Notes: a model not told the origin generated them from the sequence alone. 32,000 bases of DNA from Raphidiopsis brookii D9 (GCA_000175855.1 ACYB01000038.1:60001-92000), one strand, 5' to 3'; numbered from the stretch's first letter, positions 21,787 through 31,800 are shown. Translations and numbers: made by a program.

Positions 21787-21831
21787 ACAAAAGTTCACAC
21801 AATATATGTGTGTGAGCTTCTGTGAGGTTTT
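21781..21831 (+). terminator. Predicted expression-platform hairpin (terminator-like) that competes with riboswitch P1
   Basis: ACCU(U)CACA (21781..21789) pairs with UGUGAGGU (21821..21828). Inner 11-bp stem AAGUUCACACA (21791..21801) pairs with UGUGUGAGCUU (21809..21819), loop AUAUAUG. Followed by UUUUGUUAACUUU. The 5' strand contains the P1 3' strand CCUUC. Confidence 0.65.
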
Positions 21832-21886
21832 GTTAACTTTCATTGGAAGCTCCACACGGTAAAAAATCCTTAAGGAGCATAAGAGG

Positions 21887-22513
21887 ATGTTAACTGCGTT
21901 TACAGCCAGCTTACTATTAATTACAATTTCTGAACTAGGTGATAAGACTTTCTTTATCGCTGTGATTTTGTCCATGCAGCACCCAAGAAAATTGGTGTTT
22001 CCGGGTGTGACTTTGGCCCTGGTGGCAATGACAATTTTATCAGTGATGTTTGGACAAATATTGTCAAGCGTGGCACAGAATTCCCAGATTTATGTACATT
22101 ATGGAGAAATAGTCTTATTTATAGCTTTCGGTTTAAAGCTACTTTATGATGGTTGGAAAATGACACCTGTCCGTGAACAAGGAGTAATAGAAGAAGCCAG
22201 AGAAGAAATTGAAAAAGCCAAAATCAATGACCAGTCAGAAAATGTATGGGGGATATTACTTAAATCTTTTGTGTTAACCTTTATAGCCGAATGGGGCGAT
22301 CGCACACAAATAACTACCATAGCGTTAGCAGCAGGTAATAATGGGAATAATGCCATAGGAGTGACAGGGGGAGCAATATTGGGACATGCAATATGCGCCC
22401 TGATAGCAGTTATAGGTGGGAGAGTAATAGCGGGGAGGATTTCTGAAAAACAGGTTACCCTGATAGGTGGCATTTTATTCATTATTTTTGGTGTTGTGGC
22501 GGCCATAAGCTAA
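21887..22513 (+). CDS. TMEM165/GDT1 (UPF0016) family manganese transporter, Mnx-like
   Basis: 208 aa with two family signatures, ELGDKTFFIAVIL and EWGDRTQITTIAL, within hydrophobic helices. RBS-like TAAGGAG upstream. Confidence 0.92.
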   Translation: MLTAFTASLLLITISELGDKTFFIAVILSMQHPRKLVFPGVTLALVAMTILSVMFGQILSSVAQNSQIYVHYGEIVLFIAFGLKLLYDGWKMTPVREQGVIEEAREEIEKAKINDQSENVWGILLKSFVLTFIAEWGDRTQITTIALAAGNNGNNAIGVTGGAILGHAICALIAVIGGRVIAGRISEKQVTLIGGILFIIFGVVAAIS

Positions 22514-23313
22514 AAACCGGAGGTTAAGTTTTTAATCTCATCCTTATACTGAGCAGGAGCCAAGGTCAGAGCACTGTCAAACAAGGGTTTTGCCTCATTA
22601 ATTTTACCCTGCTCTTTCAATAGAATTGCCTTTGCTAAAACGGGGCGAAAATCCTGGGGATATTGTTTCATCACCTCCTGGTATAAGGATATTGCTTGAT
22701 CAGTGTTTTTTTGAGAAGAATATACGCTACCTAAAAGTAATTGTATAGCTATAATATCAAAACTTCCTGGTTGAACAGAATTAGATTTTTCAGCATTGGA
22801 TATGGTTTCTTTGAGAAACTGAATAGCTGCTTCTGGACGTTTTTGGTCTAGTTTTAATTTAACTATACCCTGTAGTGATTGGATATTACCAGGTTGAGTA
22901 CGGAGAATAGAACGATACATTTGGATTGCTTCCTGCCTATTTCCTATTTGTTGGGTTGCCTGTGCTAGTAAAACCTTATATTCCAAATTATCTGGATTTA
23001 ATCGACTCAACTTTTGTAGAGGTTCAATTACCCCTTGAATATCAGTGGGTTGAACCTCATTATTGGGCTTTTGACTGAGAATTTGCAACCTAGCCTGCAA
23101 TAACTGCTTGAGAACAGCTTGATTTTCCGGTTCTCGTTGCAAAACTAGTTCATAGCCACGAATTTGGTCTGCTAACTGGGGATTTTCCGGGGAATTTTGT
23201 GGACGTGGAGCATTGAGAGTTCCTAAAATAGGTATGATGGACACACCAATGAACGCTGCAACTGCCAGCAGCAAGATTATCTGAATTAGCCAGCGATTAC
23301 CTTGTTTTGACAC
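22510..23313 (-). CDS. Tetratricopeptide-repeat protein with N-terminal TM anchor
   Basis: 267 aa with N-terminal WLIQIILLLAVAAFIGVSIIPIL and TPR-like units (NRQEAIQMYRSILRTQPGNIQSLQGIVKLKLDQKRPEAAIQFLKETI...LGSVYSSQKNTDQAISLYQEVMKQYPQDFRPVLAKAILLKEQGKINEAKPLFDSAL). Confidence 0.82.
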   Translation of the reverse strand: MSKQGNRWLIQIILLLAVAAFIGVSIIPILGTLNAPRPQNSPENPQLADQIRGYELVLQREPENQAVLKQLLQARLQILSQKPNNEVQPTDIQGVIEPLQKLSRLNPDNLEYKVLLAQATQQIGNRQEAIQMYRSILRTQPGNIQSLQGIVKLKLDQKRPEAAIQFLKETISNAEKSNSVQPGSFDIIAIQLLLGSVYSSQKNTDQAISLYQEVMKQYPQDFRPVLAKAILLKEQGKINEAKPLFDSALTLAPAQYKDEIKNLTSGF

Positions 23314-23888
23314 TACTTTACCTGTGTTGTACTTGAGTAAATAAAACTTGGAAGATTGAGATTAAATAACTCCTGTGGGGGGGAATAAAGTTAAGACTTT
23401 GTAAAACTTAGCGGAATACAGTGATTTAACTGTGAATTTTATGACCAAAGACCATCAGGAGTATCTAAACTTTGAGAGTACACCATTATAGCTTTGACTA
23501 TCAATTTAGGTGACAGTTGTAGGATCATGAGCACAATTGTAGCCATGCAGTGATAATTGAGCAAACTAATGATTGGTGGATAATTCCTCATTCACCCCGG
23601 AATGTGAGTTAACCTAGTTAAATCAGAAATTTAGCATTTGGGAATTGGGACAAATCAGTACCAGTCAAAATCTTCCCTAATTGAGATTGAGAATTATCAA
23701 AAATCAGCTAGGAATTAATTTGACCCATTCATTCTGCAAATGATACATTTCAAAACTTGGCATCAAAATAGCCTAGCGTGCAATGGCTAAATTTAAGGTA
23801 AGGGTACCCTCCTTTTATTGGCCGTGTAACTTCTACACACTTTTATTCAGTCCCACAATGGGATCTATCTCCGATCTAAGGAGTTTTT

Positions 23889-24902
23889 ATGACTTCCGAC
23901 CTGATACCATCTCTCGAATCTGCCAATCCTACCGCCTCTAGTCAGGCTTCAGCAAAAATTGACTTAACAGTTAAATTAAGTGCTAAGTCACTACAGACAA
24001 AACCAGAAAACTTATCCATCAAAATTCAAGATAGGGAAAGTCCTGGGAACCTAATGAATCGCCAACAACCAATTCCCCCTGCTAGCGAACTAATGCAATA
24101 CAGGGCCATTGGTTTGATTAGGGGTAGTTACTCCTCTAGCAGCGAACAGTTTACCCAGGGAACCTTGATTACAAGTGATGGTGCCCAGTTAAATGCTGTT
24201 CTGCTAGGTCGAGTTATGAGCTTAGTCAAAAAGCATCTGGACTTACAAAAAGAACATCTGTGGGTAGTTTATCCCCGTACTAGACAAGAAAATGACTCTC
24301 TACATGTTCAAATTGTAGGGGTCTGGGAACCGGAAAATCTAGCTAAAAAGCCAACAGATTCAGAGGTGTTATCCTTGTCTGCGGAAACATCAGAACCAGT
24401 TGCAACTAATAAAAAATCCTCTCGTCAAAACACTACGGAAAGTACATCAGCTTTAAAAACCTCAGATCAAATTCCTGATGGAGAATTTTCCGTTCGTGGG
24501 GAGGTGGTTTACCAATCTTTCGATACCAGGAGTTTGGTGGTAAAAATCAAACAAGCTGCACGGAAAGCAACGGAAAAACCCAAGTATTTTAAGTTGAAAC
24601 TCCAGGGTGTACTAGCTATGAAAGCAATAGGTAAATTTTGGGACTTTAAAGTCAAGCGTGAAACTGATAGGTTAATAGTGGAAACTGCGGAAGCAGTTGC
24701 TGATTTGCCCAAAAAACGCAAACCAACCTTCAGGAGTGAACCCCGCCCTGGTGTTAACGGGAAACCATTTGTTAAAAATCCCGGAGAAACTCCTCGACCC
24801 ATTACAAGAATGGATGGAGATGGTTCTTACTCTTCTAAACCCTTACCAAAACCATCTATTACTAAACCAGTGAAAAAGCTAAAACCCCAAGATAACTGTT
24901 AA
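23889..24902 (+). CDS. Conserved-looking hypothetical protein (function unknown)
   Basis: 337 aa ORF with a 'YRAIGLIRGSYSSSSEQFTQGTLITSDGAQLNAVLLGRV' segment and a basic, Pro-rich C-terminus. Preceded by AAGGAG (RBS-like). Confidence 0.7.
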   Translation: MTSDLIPSLESANPTASSQASAKIDLTVKLSAKSLQTKPENLSIKIQDRESPGNLMNRQQPIPPASELMQYRAIGLIRGSYSSSSEQFTQGTLITSDGAQLNAVLLGRVMSLVKKHLDLQKEHLWVVYPRTRQENDSLHVQIVGVWEPENLAKKPTDSEVLSLSAETSEPVATNKKSSRQNTTESTSALKTSDQIPDGEFSVRGEVVYQSFDTRSLVVKIKQAARKATEKPKYFKLKLQGVLAMKAIGKFWDFKVKRETDRLIVETAEAVADLPKKRKPTFRSEPRPGVNGKPFVKNPGETPRPITRMDGDGSYSSKPLPKPSITKPVKKLKPQDNC

Positions 24903-26071
24903 AGTTGGAACCCCCCGGATTCAAAGGGCAAAAAAGCTCTGTCCATGGGAATGGGAGCTACGGGTTCCGTCAGGGTAAATTGGCCCAACTGTATCCACTG
25001 TTTCAACTCCAGAGCTACTTGTCGAGACAGAAACATACTAGCCAGGGGAGCAGCTCGTACAGGTTTACCCTCGATAGGGATCCTCCCAGACTTTAATTGG
25101 GCGTAACTTACTAATCCAAAGGTAGGTCTTACACGACGAGGAATGGAAAAATCCACAATGGGTGCTACTAAATCTTGATCAGTTACTGCACAACGTTTAA
25201 CCACTTCTTCGTTTAATACTGGAAGTGGTACCCCTACTCCTAGCATTAATGAAGGTCCATAACTTTTAAAGTAACACCCTCTTACCCAACGCGCATTCAT
25301 TTGTTTGGCATCACCAATTAGTGCTAAAGTAGCAGATGGTCCAATGGGGGTTCGATTCTCTAACCGCTTTTGTAGGGGAAAGTGTTGTGTACCTTCCCAA
25401 ATCACATAGCCTATTCCCCCACCTAAAAAGATTTTGGTGCCAATTCCCACCAGTTGTAAATCGGGGTCGTTCATTAGGGGAGACAATGATCCGGGATTGG
25501 AGTACACTGCATTTCCTAAACGCGGTTGTAATGGTCCTAGGTAAGTATGTAACGGTTCCTCGGATCCATTCACACCAACAATGAAGTTTTGATAAAGATT
25601 GCGGGGATTGAATAGGTAGAACTGATTAATCGTCTCTAGGGTGACTTTAGCTTCCAGGGTAGCTCTAGGGTAACAATCGGTAATTTGTCCTATTGCTCTG
25701 ACTTGTACAGATTTACCAGCAATTAAATCTTGAATCACATGACCACCACCGCGTTCTCTTAGTTCTTCCCCCTCCATGGTTTCTACCGCGCAACTGGCAC
25801 CCAAATATAAGTCCACCGCCCCAAACCCAGAATATGCGGGAACCCCATCTAACCAACAACGACGAATTTTAATTGGGGGATCGGTGTGTCCTAAGTTAAT
25901 AATCGCCCCGCTTGATTCCATGGGTTCAAAGGTTCCTGTGGTAATTACATCAACCTGTTGGGCTGTTTTTAGTATACCATTTTGGACAACTCGTTTTTTT
26001 ACCTCTTCCACGGTCCAGACTACGGCGCGCTTTTCAATGATCTTTTGATTAATTTCGGCAATAGTTCGCAT
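24899..26071 (-). CDS. Homocysteine biosynthesis-type protein (DUF39 family)
   Basis: 390 aa, MRTIAEINQKIIEKRAVVWTVEEVK...GTFEPMESSGAIINLGHTDPPIKIRRCWLDGVPAYSGFGAVDLYLGASC...GIGTKIFLGGGIGYVIWEGTQH, characteristic of DUF39 proteins. Confidence 0.85.
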   Translation of the reverse strand: MRTIAEINQKIIEKRAVVWTVEEVKKRVVQNGILKTAQQVDVITTGTFEPMESSGAIINLGHTDPPIKIRRCWLDGVPAYSGFGAVDLYLGASCAVETMEGEELRERGGGHVIQDLIAGKSVQVRAIGQITDCYPRATLEAKVTLETINQFYLFNPRNLYQNFIVGVNGSEEPLHTYLGPLQPRLGNAVYSNPGSLSPLMNDPDLQLVGIGTKIFLGGGIGYVIWEGTQHFPLQKRLENRTPIGPSATLALIGDAKQMNARWVRGCYFKSYGPSLMLGVGVPLPVLNEEVVKRCAVTDQDLVAPIVDFSIPRRVRPTFGLVSYAQLKSGRIPIEGKPVRAAPLASMFLSRQVALELKQWIQLGQFTLTEPVAPIPMDRAFLPFESGGFQL

Positions 26072-26124
26072 TGTATTTATTAATCTGAATATTATGAATG
26101 TTAATATATGTAAGAGAAAACAAT

Positions 26125-27171
26125 ATGGCTAATTTAGGGGAGGAATACCTCAGAGTTCGTGACCTGGGGGAACAGGGTCTTTTACAGAAATTACAGAGCT
26201 TTTGTCCTCCCCATATTATAGGGGATGATGGTGCAGTTTTGCCGACTAAACCTGCACACCATTTAGTTGTAACCACAGACATGTTAGTAGATGGTGTACA
26301 TTTTAGCAATCTTACCACTTCTCCCAAGGATGCAGGTTGGCGCGCTGCTACCGCTAATTTGTCCGACTTGGCTGCTATGGGCGCCTTTCCCCTAGGAATT
26401 ACCGTCGCCCTTGGTTTACCAGGAGATCTAGCTGTCAATTGGGTGGAACAACTGTATCAAGGCATGAGTGACTGCTTACAGAAGTATCATACTCCCATAG
26501 TTGGCGGTGACATAGTGCGATCGCCTGTAACGACTATAGGAATTACAGCTTTTGGTGAAGTCAGTCCAGATTTGATTATTCGGCGGTGTACAGCCCAAGT
26601 GGGGGATGCCATAGTCATAACTGGTATGCATGGAGCTTCTCGTGCTGGGTTAGAATTGCTCTTGCACCCTCAAACGGGTCACAACCTCAAGGAAGAGGAA
26701 AAGCAGGCTTTAATTAGATTTCACCAACGTCCTAACCCACGTTTAGATGTAATATACATACTACACGAAATCCTCATATCGGGTTTAAAATCTTGTGGAG
26801 AGTCCTCTCCAATTACCTTGAGTGGTATGGATAGTAGTGATGGATTAGCGGATGCTATCTTACAAATTTGTCGTGCTAGTCAAGTCGGGGCAGTTTTACA
26901 TCAGGACAAAATTCCTTTAGCACCTATATCTAACTACTGGTTAACACCACCACGATGGCTTGATTATGCTCTGTATGGTGGTGAAGATTTTGAACTGGTA
27001 CTTTGTTTACCACCAACCATTGCCCAAGCCTTAGTTGTTAAATTAGGACCAAGTGCAGCAATTATCGGAGAAATTACATCCGGTGACCAAGTTATTCTGC
27101 AATCAAACAACCAAGAAATCCCCAACCAAGTTTTAACACTCAGTCAGGGATTTCAACATTTTGGTTCCTAG
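26125..27171 (+). CDS. thiL: Thiamine-monophosphate kinase
   Basis: ORF track 26098..27171; the likely start is the ATG at 26125 (MANLGEEYLRVRDLGEQGLLQKLQSFCPPHIIGDDGAVL). Contains VVTTDMLVDGVHFSN, NLSDLAAMGAFPLGITVALGLP, MDSSDGLADAILQI and YALYGGEDFELVLCLPP. Confidence 0.95.
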   Translation: MANLGEEYLRVRDLGEQGLLQKLQSFCPPHIIGDDGAVLPTKPAHHLVVTTDMLVDGVHFSNLTTSPKDAGWRAATANLSDLAAMGAFPLGITVALGLPGDLAVNWVEQLYQGMSDCLQKYHTPIVGGDIVRSPVTTIGITAFGEVSPDLIIRRCTAQVGDAIVITGMHGASRAGLELLLHPQTGHNLKEEEKQALIRFHQRPNPRLDVIYILHEILISGLKSCGESSPITLSGMDSSDGLADAILQICRASQVGAVLHQDKIPLAPISNYWLTPPRWLDYALYGGEDFELVLCLPPTIAQALVVKLGPSAAIIGEITSGDQVILQSNNQEIPNQVLTLSQGFQHFGS

Positions 27172-27210
27172 TTAAGTGAGTATGGGATCTCCAGATGAAT
27201 GGGAATTATT

Positions 27211-28224
27211 TTACACCCATTTCTGTGCCACTAACTCCGCCAAATCTAAAACTCGTTGGCTATAACCCCATTCATTGTCATACCAAGCCATGACCTTAAC
27301 CATGTCATTACCCATCACCATAGTTAAGTTAGAATCCACAATGGAAGATTCATTAGTACCCTGATAATCAGAAGATACTAAGGGTAATTCGCTGTAACCC
27401 AAAATCCCTTTAAGTGAATTTTCGGAGGCCTCTTTAAGAGCTTGATTAACTTCCTCAGTAATTGTTGGTTTCTCTACCTGTACCACAAAATCCACCATGG
27501 ACACGTTAGGAGTGGGTACACGCAAAGCTACACCATTTAACTTTCCTTTTAATGCTGGTATTACCAAAGCTACAGCCTTAGCAGCGCCAGTAGAGGTGGG
27601 AACAATATTAATCCCCGCTGCTCTAGCTCTACGCAAATCACGGTGAGAAGCATCTAAAATTCTCTGGTCACCTGTGTAACTGTGGGTAGTAGTCATTGTC
27701 CCTTTAATAATGCCAAATTTTTCGTTTAAAACTTTAGCAATAGGTGCTAGACAATTAGTCGTACAGCTGGCATTACTAATAATGTGGTGCTCGTCATGAT
27801 TATAATCATGATGATTCACACCCATAACAAATGTACCATCCTCGTTCTTACCAGGTGCAGTAATTAGAACTTTTTTAGCACCAGCATTTACATGCTTTAA
27901 AGCACCCTCTTTACTGATAAACACACCCGTTGCTTCAATAATCAGGTCAATTTGCCACTCTTTCCAAGGTAAGTTTTCTGGATTGCGATCAGATACGCAC
28001 TTAATAGTCTTACCGTTGACAGTAATGGAATTATCGTCAGCACTGATATCCGCATTTTGTAGTCTGCCCAGCATAGAATCGTATCTAAGCAGGTGAGCAT
28101 TAGTTCTAGGATCGGAAGTGTCGTTAATAGCAACAAGCTCAACTTTGCTATTCGCTCTACCTATCCAGCAACGGGCAAAGTTTCTGCCAATGCGCCCGAA
28201 ACCATTGATTGCAACTCTAACCAC
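27211..28224 (-). CDS. gap2: Glyceraldehyde-3-phosphate dehydrogenase (Gap2-type)
   Basis: 337 aa, [22 protein letters not shown]...[24 protein letters not shown]...[21 protein letters not shown]...[24 protein letters not shown]. The sequence type matches cyanobacterial/plastid photosynthetic GAPDH. Confidence 0.94.
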   Translation of the reverse strand: MVRVAINGFGRIGRNFARCWIGRANSKVELVAINDTSDPRTNAHLLRYDSMLGRLQNADISADDNSITVNGKTIKCVSDRNPENLPWKEWQIDLIIEATGVFISKEGALKHVNAGAKKVLITAPGKNEDGTFVMGVNHHDYNHDEHHIISNASCTTNCLAPIAKVLNEKFGIIKGTMTTTHSYTGDQRILDASHRDLRRARAAGINIVPTSTGAAKAVALVIPALKGKLNGVALRVPTPNVSMVDFVVQVEKPTITEEVNQALKEASENSLKGILGYSELPLVSSDYQGTNESSIVDSNLTMVMGNDMVKVMAWYDNEWGYSQRVLDLAELVAQKWV

Positions 28225-28789
28225 AGTGTCTTCCCCTCTGTATTTATGCCTATAAATTGATATCGTTGACCCCGATCATATCGCAAAGGGGGGGACTGTT
28301 TATAACTGTGGAATCTTAGATCCCAAAAAAAATACATATTTTATTGACTTCAACTTCTTTAGTACAGTTTCTTTTTGTTTTTTATAAATTGGTGTAGTCT
28401 AGTATAGTTTACTTTAATTTGTATATGATTTAATCAGTTGTAATACTAGTAAGCCATATCCTGATCCTGATGATCACACTTGACGAAACTGTTATTAGGG
28501 TGTACAAAGTCAAAAACCCACGTAGCGAGTATGACAGATACATGACAGATTTTTTTTCCCGACAGTTCCCAATTTTTCAGAATAATCATCATAAGGATAG
28601 GAAAAGTTGGAGAATCGATTGCTCCGGATATTTTCCAGTAAACACAAACTCAGTCAAAAATTGATCTGTAAGTTTTTGGATACAGATTGGATATATAAAT
28701 ATTGCGAAAGCTATATCTCCCAAAATCAAAATCCTGTTATGATACCCGTGTTGCAAAGATTTGTTGGTGTGGTGCCAGAGGAATAAAAG

Positions 28790-30259
28790 ATGAATAGCTA
28801 TATAGATTTTAGTGGTAGACCATTTCATTTTATTGGTATTGGGGGCATAGGAATGTCCGCCCTAGCCTACATACTGACAAAACGACAATTACCCGTTTCT
28901 GGTTCAGACCTGCGCCCTAACCAGATTACTCGCAAATTAGAGTCCCTGGGAGCTCATATTTTTAATCAACAAGAGGCCAGTAATCTAGAATTCTTCCGTC
29001 CCGGAGCATTTTCTAGCCATACTAGCCATATATTATCAAACCCATCAGACCAATTATCCACCCAACAAAAAAGTTTACCCCAGGTCGTTTGTTCTACGGC
29101 TATTAACAATAATAATTTAGAATATAAGGCAGCGCTAGAATTGGGCTGCCCCATTCTACATCGCTCTGATGTCTTAGCAGCTTTAATCGCTGACTATCAT
29201 AGCATTGCTGTAGCCGGAACCCATGGTAAAACTACAACTAGTAGCATGATAGGTTATATGCTATTACAAGCAGGTCTTGACCCAACCATTGTGGTAGGAG
29301 GAGAAGTCAATGCCTGGGAAGGAAATGCTAGATTAGGAGAAAGTAAGTATTTAGTAGCAGAAGCTGATGAGTCCGATGGTTCCTTGGTAAAACATACCCC
29401 AGCAATTGGGATAATTACTAATATTGAACTAGATCACCCTGATCATTATGCAACATTGGAACAAGTCGTGGAGACTTTTCAAACCTTTGCCCGAGGTTGT
29501 CAAGTTGTAGTGGGCAGTATTGATTGTGACATAGTACGCGATCGCCTAAAACCGGGGATCAGTTATAGTTTAGATCCGGATCAGGGTGCTGATTATACAG
29601 TCACCAACATTGACTATCGTGCAGACGGAACAACAGCCTTAGTTTGGGAAAAAGGTAAGTCCCTAGGGGTATTAAGCTTACAACTTTTAGGTCGCCATAA
29701 TCTCAGTAATGCCCTAGCTGCTGTGGCGGTGGGAAGGGTGTTAAATTTGGAGTTTGGGGAAATTGCCAAGGGTCTTGCCACCTTTGAAGGGGCCAGGAGA
29801 CGATTTGAATTCAGGGGTGAAGTAGATGGCATTACCTTCATCGATGATTATGCTCATCATCCTAGCGAAATCCGTGCCACTCTAGCAGCGGCGCGTCTAC
29901 AAGCCAAAGCGGGACAAAGAGTAGTAGGGATTTTTCAACCTCACCGTTACAGTCGGGTGCGGACTTTTTTCGACGAGTTTGCCAATTGTTTTACTCATGC
30001 GGACTTAGTTGTATTGACTGATATTTACAGTGCTGGTGAACCCAGTTGTGAGCAAATTACAGGTGAAAAATTGGCAGCAGAAATTGCCAAGCAACACCCA
30101 CAAGTGATTTATCAACCAAGTTTAGCCCTGATTCCTCGGGTTTTATTATCCACCCTACGTCCAGGGGATTTAGCAGTGTTTCTTGGAGCTGGTAATTTAA
30201 ATCAGACAATTCCAGAAATTATTAGTGCACTGAGTGAACCGGTCACAGTCACAGTTTAG
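28790..30259 (+). CDS. murC: UDP-N-acetylmuramate--L-alanine ligase
   Basis: 489 aa, with FHFIGIGGIGMSALAYILTKRQLPVSGSDL, VAGTHGKTTTSSMIGYML, EADESDGSLVKHTP and IDDYAHHPSEIRATLAAAR...VGIFQPHRYSRVRTFFDEF. Confidence 0.97.
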   Translation: MNSYIDFSGRPFHFIGIGGIGMSALAYILTKRQLPVSGSDLRPNQITRKLESLGAHIFNQQEASNLEFFRPGAFSSHTSHILSNPSDQLSTQQKSLPQVVCSTAINNNNLEYKAALELGCPILHRSDVLAALIADYHSIAVAGTHGKTTTSSMIGYMLLQAGLDPTIVVGGEVNAWEGNARLGESKYLVAEADESDGSLVKHTPAIGIITNIELDHPDHYATLEQVVETFQTFARGCQVVVGSIDCDIVRDRLKPGISYSLDPDQGADYTVTNIDYRADGTTALVWEKGKSLGVLSLQLLGRHNLSNALAAVAVGRVLNLEFGEIAKGLATFEGARRRFEFRGEVDGITFIDDYAHHPSEIRATLAAARLQAKAGQRVVGIFQPHRYSRVRTFFDEFANCFTHADLVVLTDIYSAGEPSCEQITGEKLAAEIAKQHPQVIYQPSLALIPRVLLSTLRPGDLAVFLGAGNLNQTIPEIISALSEPVTVTV

Positions 30260-30335
30260 GGATGGCTAGATTATACGTATTTTAGCCTAAATATTGCGTT
30301 TGAGATGTTAATAAAGCTACCCATTTACATTAACA

Positions 30336-31343
30336 ATGATAATTTCTGAGTCTTCTGCTAGTCCCCGCACAGTCCCTACTTTGACGGAAAATAAACAAAC
30401 AACAGTTAATTCAGATGAAAATCAAATTATTTACTTACCTGGAACTAATTGTGTAATTAAGTCCAACATTTCCCTGTCTGGGTTTACCTCCTACAAAGTG
30501 GGAGGAGAAGCCCAGTGGTATAGCGCCCCCCGGGATTTAATGGCTATAAGAGCAACTGTGAAGTATGCCCAGGATCTGGATTTACCCATCACAATATTGG
30601 GAGCAGGTTCCAACCTATTAGTGAGTGATGAAGGTATACCAGGAATGGTAATTGCTACCCGTCACTTCCGTCACAAACATTTTGATAACCAAACAGGTCG
30701 GTTAACAGTAGCTGCAGGGGAACCCATTCCCAGTTTAGCATGGGAAGCAGCAAGTTTAGGATGGGAAGGACTAGAGTGGTCAGTTGGCATTCCAGGTACT
30801 GTAGGTGGTGCTGTTGTGATGAATGCAGGAGCACATAATAAATGTATGGGGGAAATGTTAGTCAGTGCAGAGTTACTATCTCCTGATGGTACTCTAGAAA
30901 CTGTGAATAGGTCACAGTTGGGTTACACCTATCGCAGCTCCTTGTTACAAAGAAGTAAGCGTATAGTTACTCAAGCTACTTTTCAACTTCAACCAGGTGC
31001 AGATCCAGCTAAAGTCACTGCTAGAACTAAAGAACACAAGCAGCACCGTCTTTCCACTCAACCTTACAATTTTCCCAGTTGTGGGAGTGTGTTTCGCAAC
31101 CCCCTACCCCAGACTGCGGGATGGTTAATTGAGCAATCTGGATTAAAAGGCTATCAAATTGGTAGGGCCCAAGTCGCCCAACTTCATGCTAACTTTATTG
31201 TTAATCGTGGAGGTGCTAGGGCCAATGATATTTTCCGTCTCATTCGCCATATTCAACATCAAATTCAGGATCAATGGTCAATCTTATTGGAACCAGAGGT
31301 AAAAATGATTGGTCAGTTTCCTGTTTTGGATGGTTATTCTTGA
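30336..31343 (+). CDS. murB: UDP-N-acetylenolpyruvoylglucosamine reductase
   Basis: 335 aa, with YKVGGEAQWYSAPRDL, ITILGAGSNLLVSDEGIPGMVI, EWSVGIPGTVGGAVVMNAGAH and FPSCGSVFRNPLPQTAGWLIEQSGLKGYQIGRAQVAQLHANFIVN. Confidence 0.96.
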   Translation: MIISESSASPRTVPTLTENKQTTVNSDENQIIYLPGTNCVIKSNISLSGFTSYKVGGEAQWYSAPRDLMAIRATVKYAQDLDLPITILGAGSNLLVSDEGIPGMVIATRHFRHKHFDNQTGRLTVAAGEPIPSLAWEAASLGWEGLEWSVGIPGTVGGAVVMNAGAHNKCMGEMLVSAELLSPDGTLETVNRSQLGYTYRSSLLQRSKRIVTQATFQLQPGADPAKVTARTKEHKQHRLSTQPYNFPSCGSVFRNPLPQTAGWLIEQSGLKGYQIGRAQVAQLHANFIVNRGGARANDIFRLIRHIQHQIQDQWSILLEPEVKMIGQFPVLDGYS

Positions 31344-31418
31344 GTTGGTTGAGACTAGGTCAGTGACAACTATAATTAGACTTGATTTTTTATTCGCAGC
31401 ACAACTGGAAAATTTACT

Positions 31419-31748
31419 ATGACAGGATTTGGTTTTGGAAAAGTAAAAGAATTAGCAGACGCTTTTAAGAAAGCTCAGGAGGTGCAACAAGGTGCCAAAC
31501 GTCTCCAAGAGGAATTAGAGCAGATGGAAATTGTGGGCGAGTCTGGTGGTGGACTAATTAAGGTGATTATTAGTGGTAACCAGGAACCTAAAAGGGTAGA
31601 AATATCCCCAAATGCACTTAATGAGGGACCAGACGTGCTTTCTGATCTAGTAACAGCAGCAATGAAGGATGCTTATCTTAAATCTACTCAGACCATGCGG
31701 GAACGCATGGAAGAGCTAACTGGTGGTTTGGAACTACCAGGATTTTAG
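31419..31748 (+). CDS. YbaB/EbfC-family nucleoid-associated protein
   Basis: 109 aa, [66 protein letters not shown]...[29 protein letters not shown]. Confidence 0.92.
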   Translation: MTGFGFGKVKELADAFKKAQEVQQGAKRLQEELEQMEIVGESGGGLIKVIISGNQEPKRVEISPNALNEGPDVLSDLVTAAMKDAYLKSTQTMRERMEELTGGLELPGF

Positions 31749-31762
31749 TCAATGACAAGAAA

Positions 31763-31799
31763 CCCTACTTTTATAAAAAGTAGGGGCCATTTGTTTTTT
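31763..31799 (+). terminator. Rho-independent terminator between the convergent ybaB-like gene and trnL
   Basis: Perfect 10-bp stem CCCTACTTTT (31763..31772) with AAAAGTAGGG (31776..31785), 3-nt loop, followed by GCCATTTGTTTTTT. Being near-symmetrical, it could act in both directions. Confidence 0.8.
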
Positions 31800-31800
31800 A

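Noticed and set aside
22144-22506. 120-aa ORF antisense to the TMEM165/GDT1 gene
   Set aside because: Mirror of a conserved membrane-protein coding sequence with no independent support.
28470-28828. Small ORFs 28470..28664 (+) and 28589..28828 (-) in the gap2-murC intergenic region
   Set aside because: They overlap each other on opposite strands, one runs into the murC start, and neither has a recognisable domain; treated as non-coding divergent promoter region.
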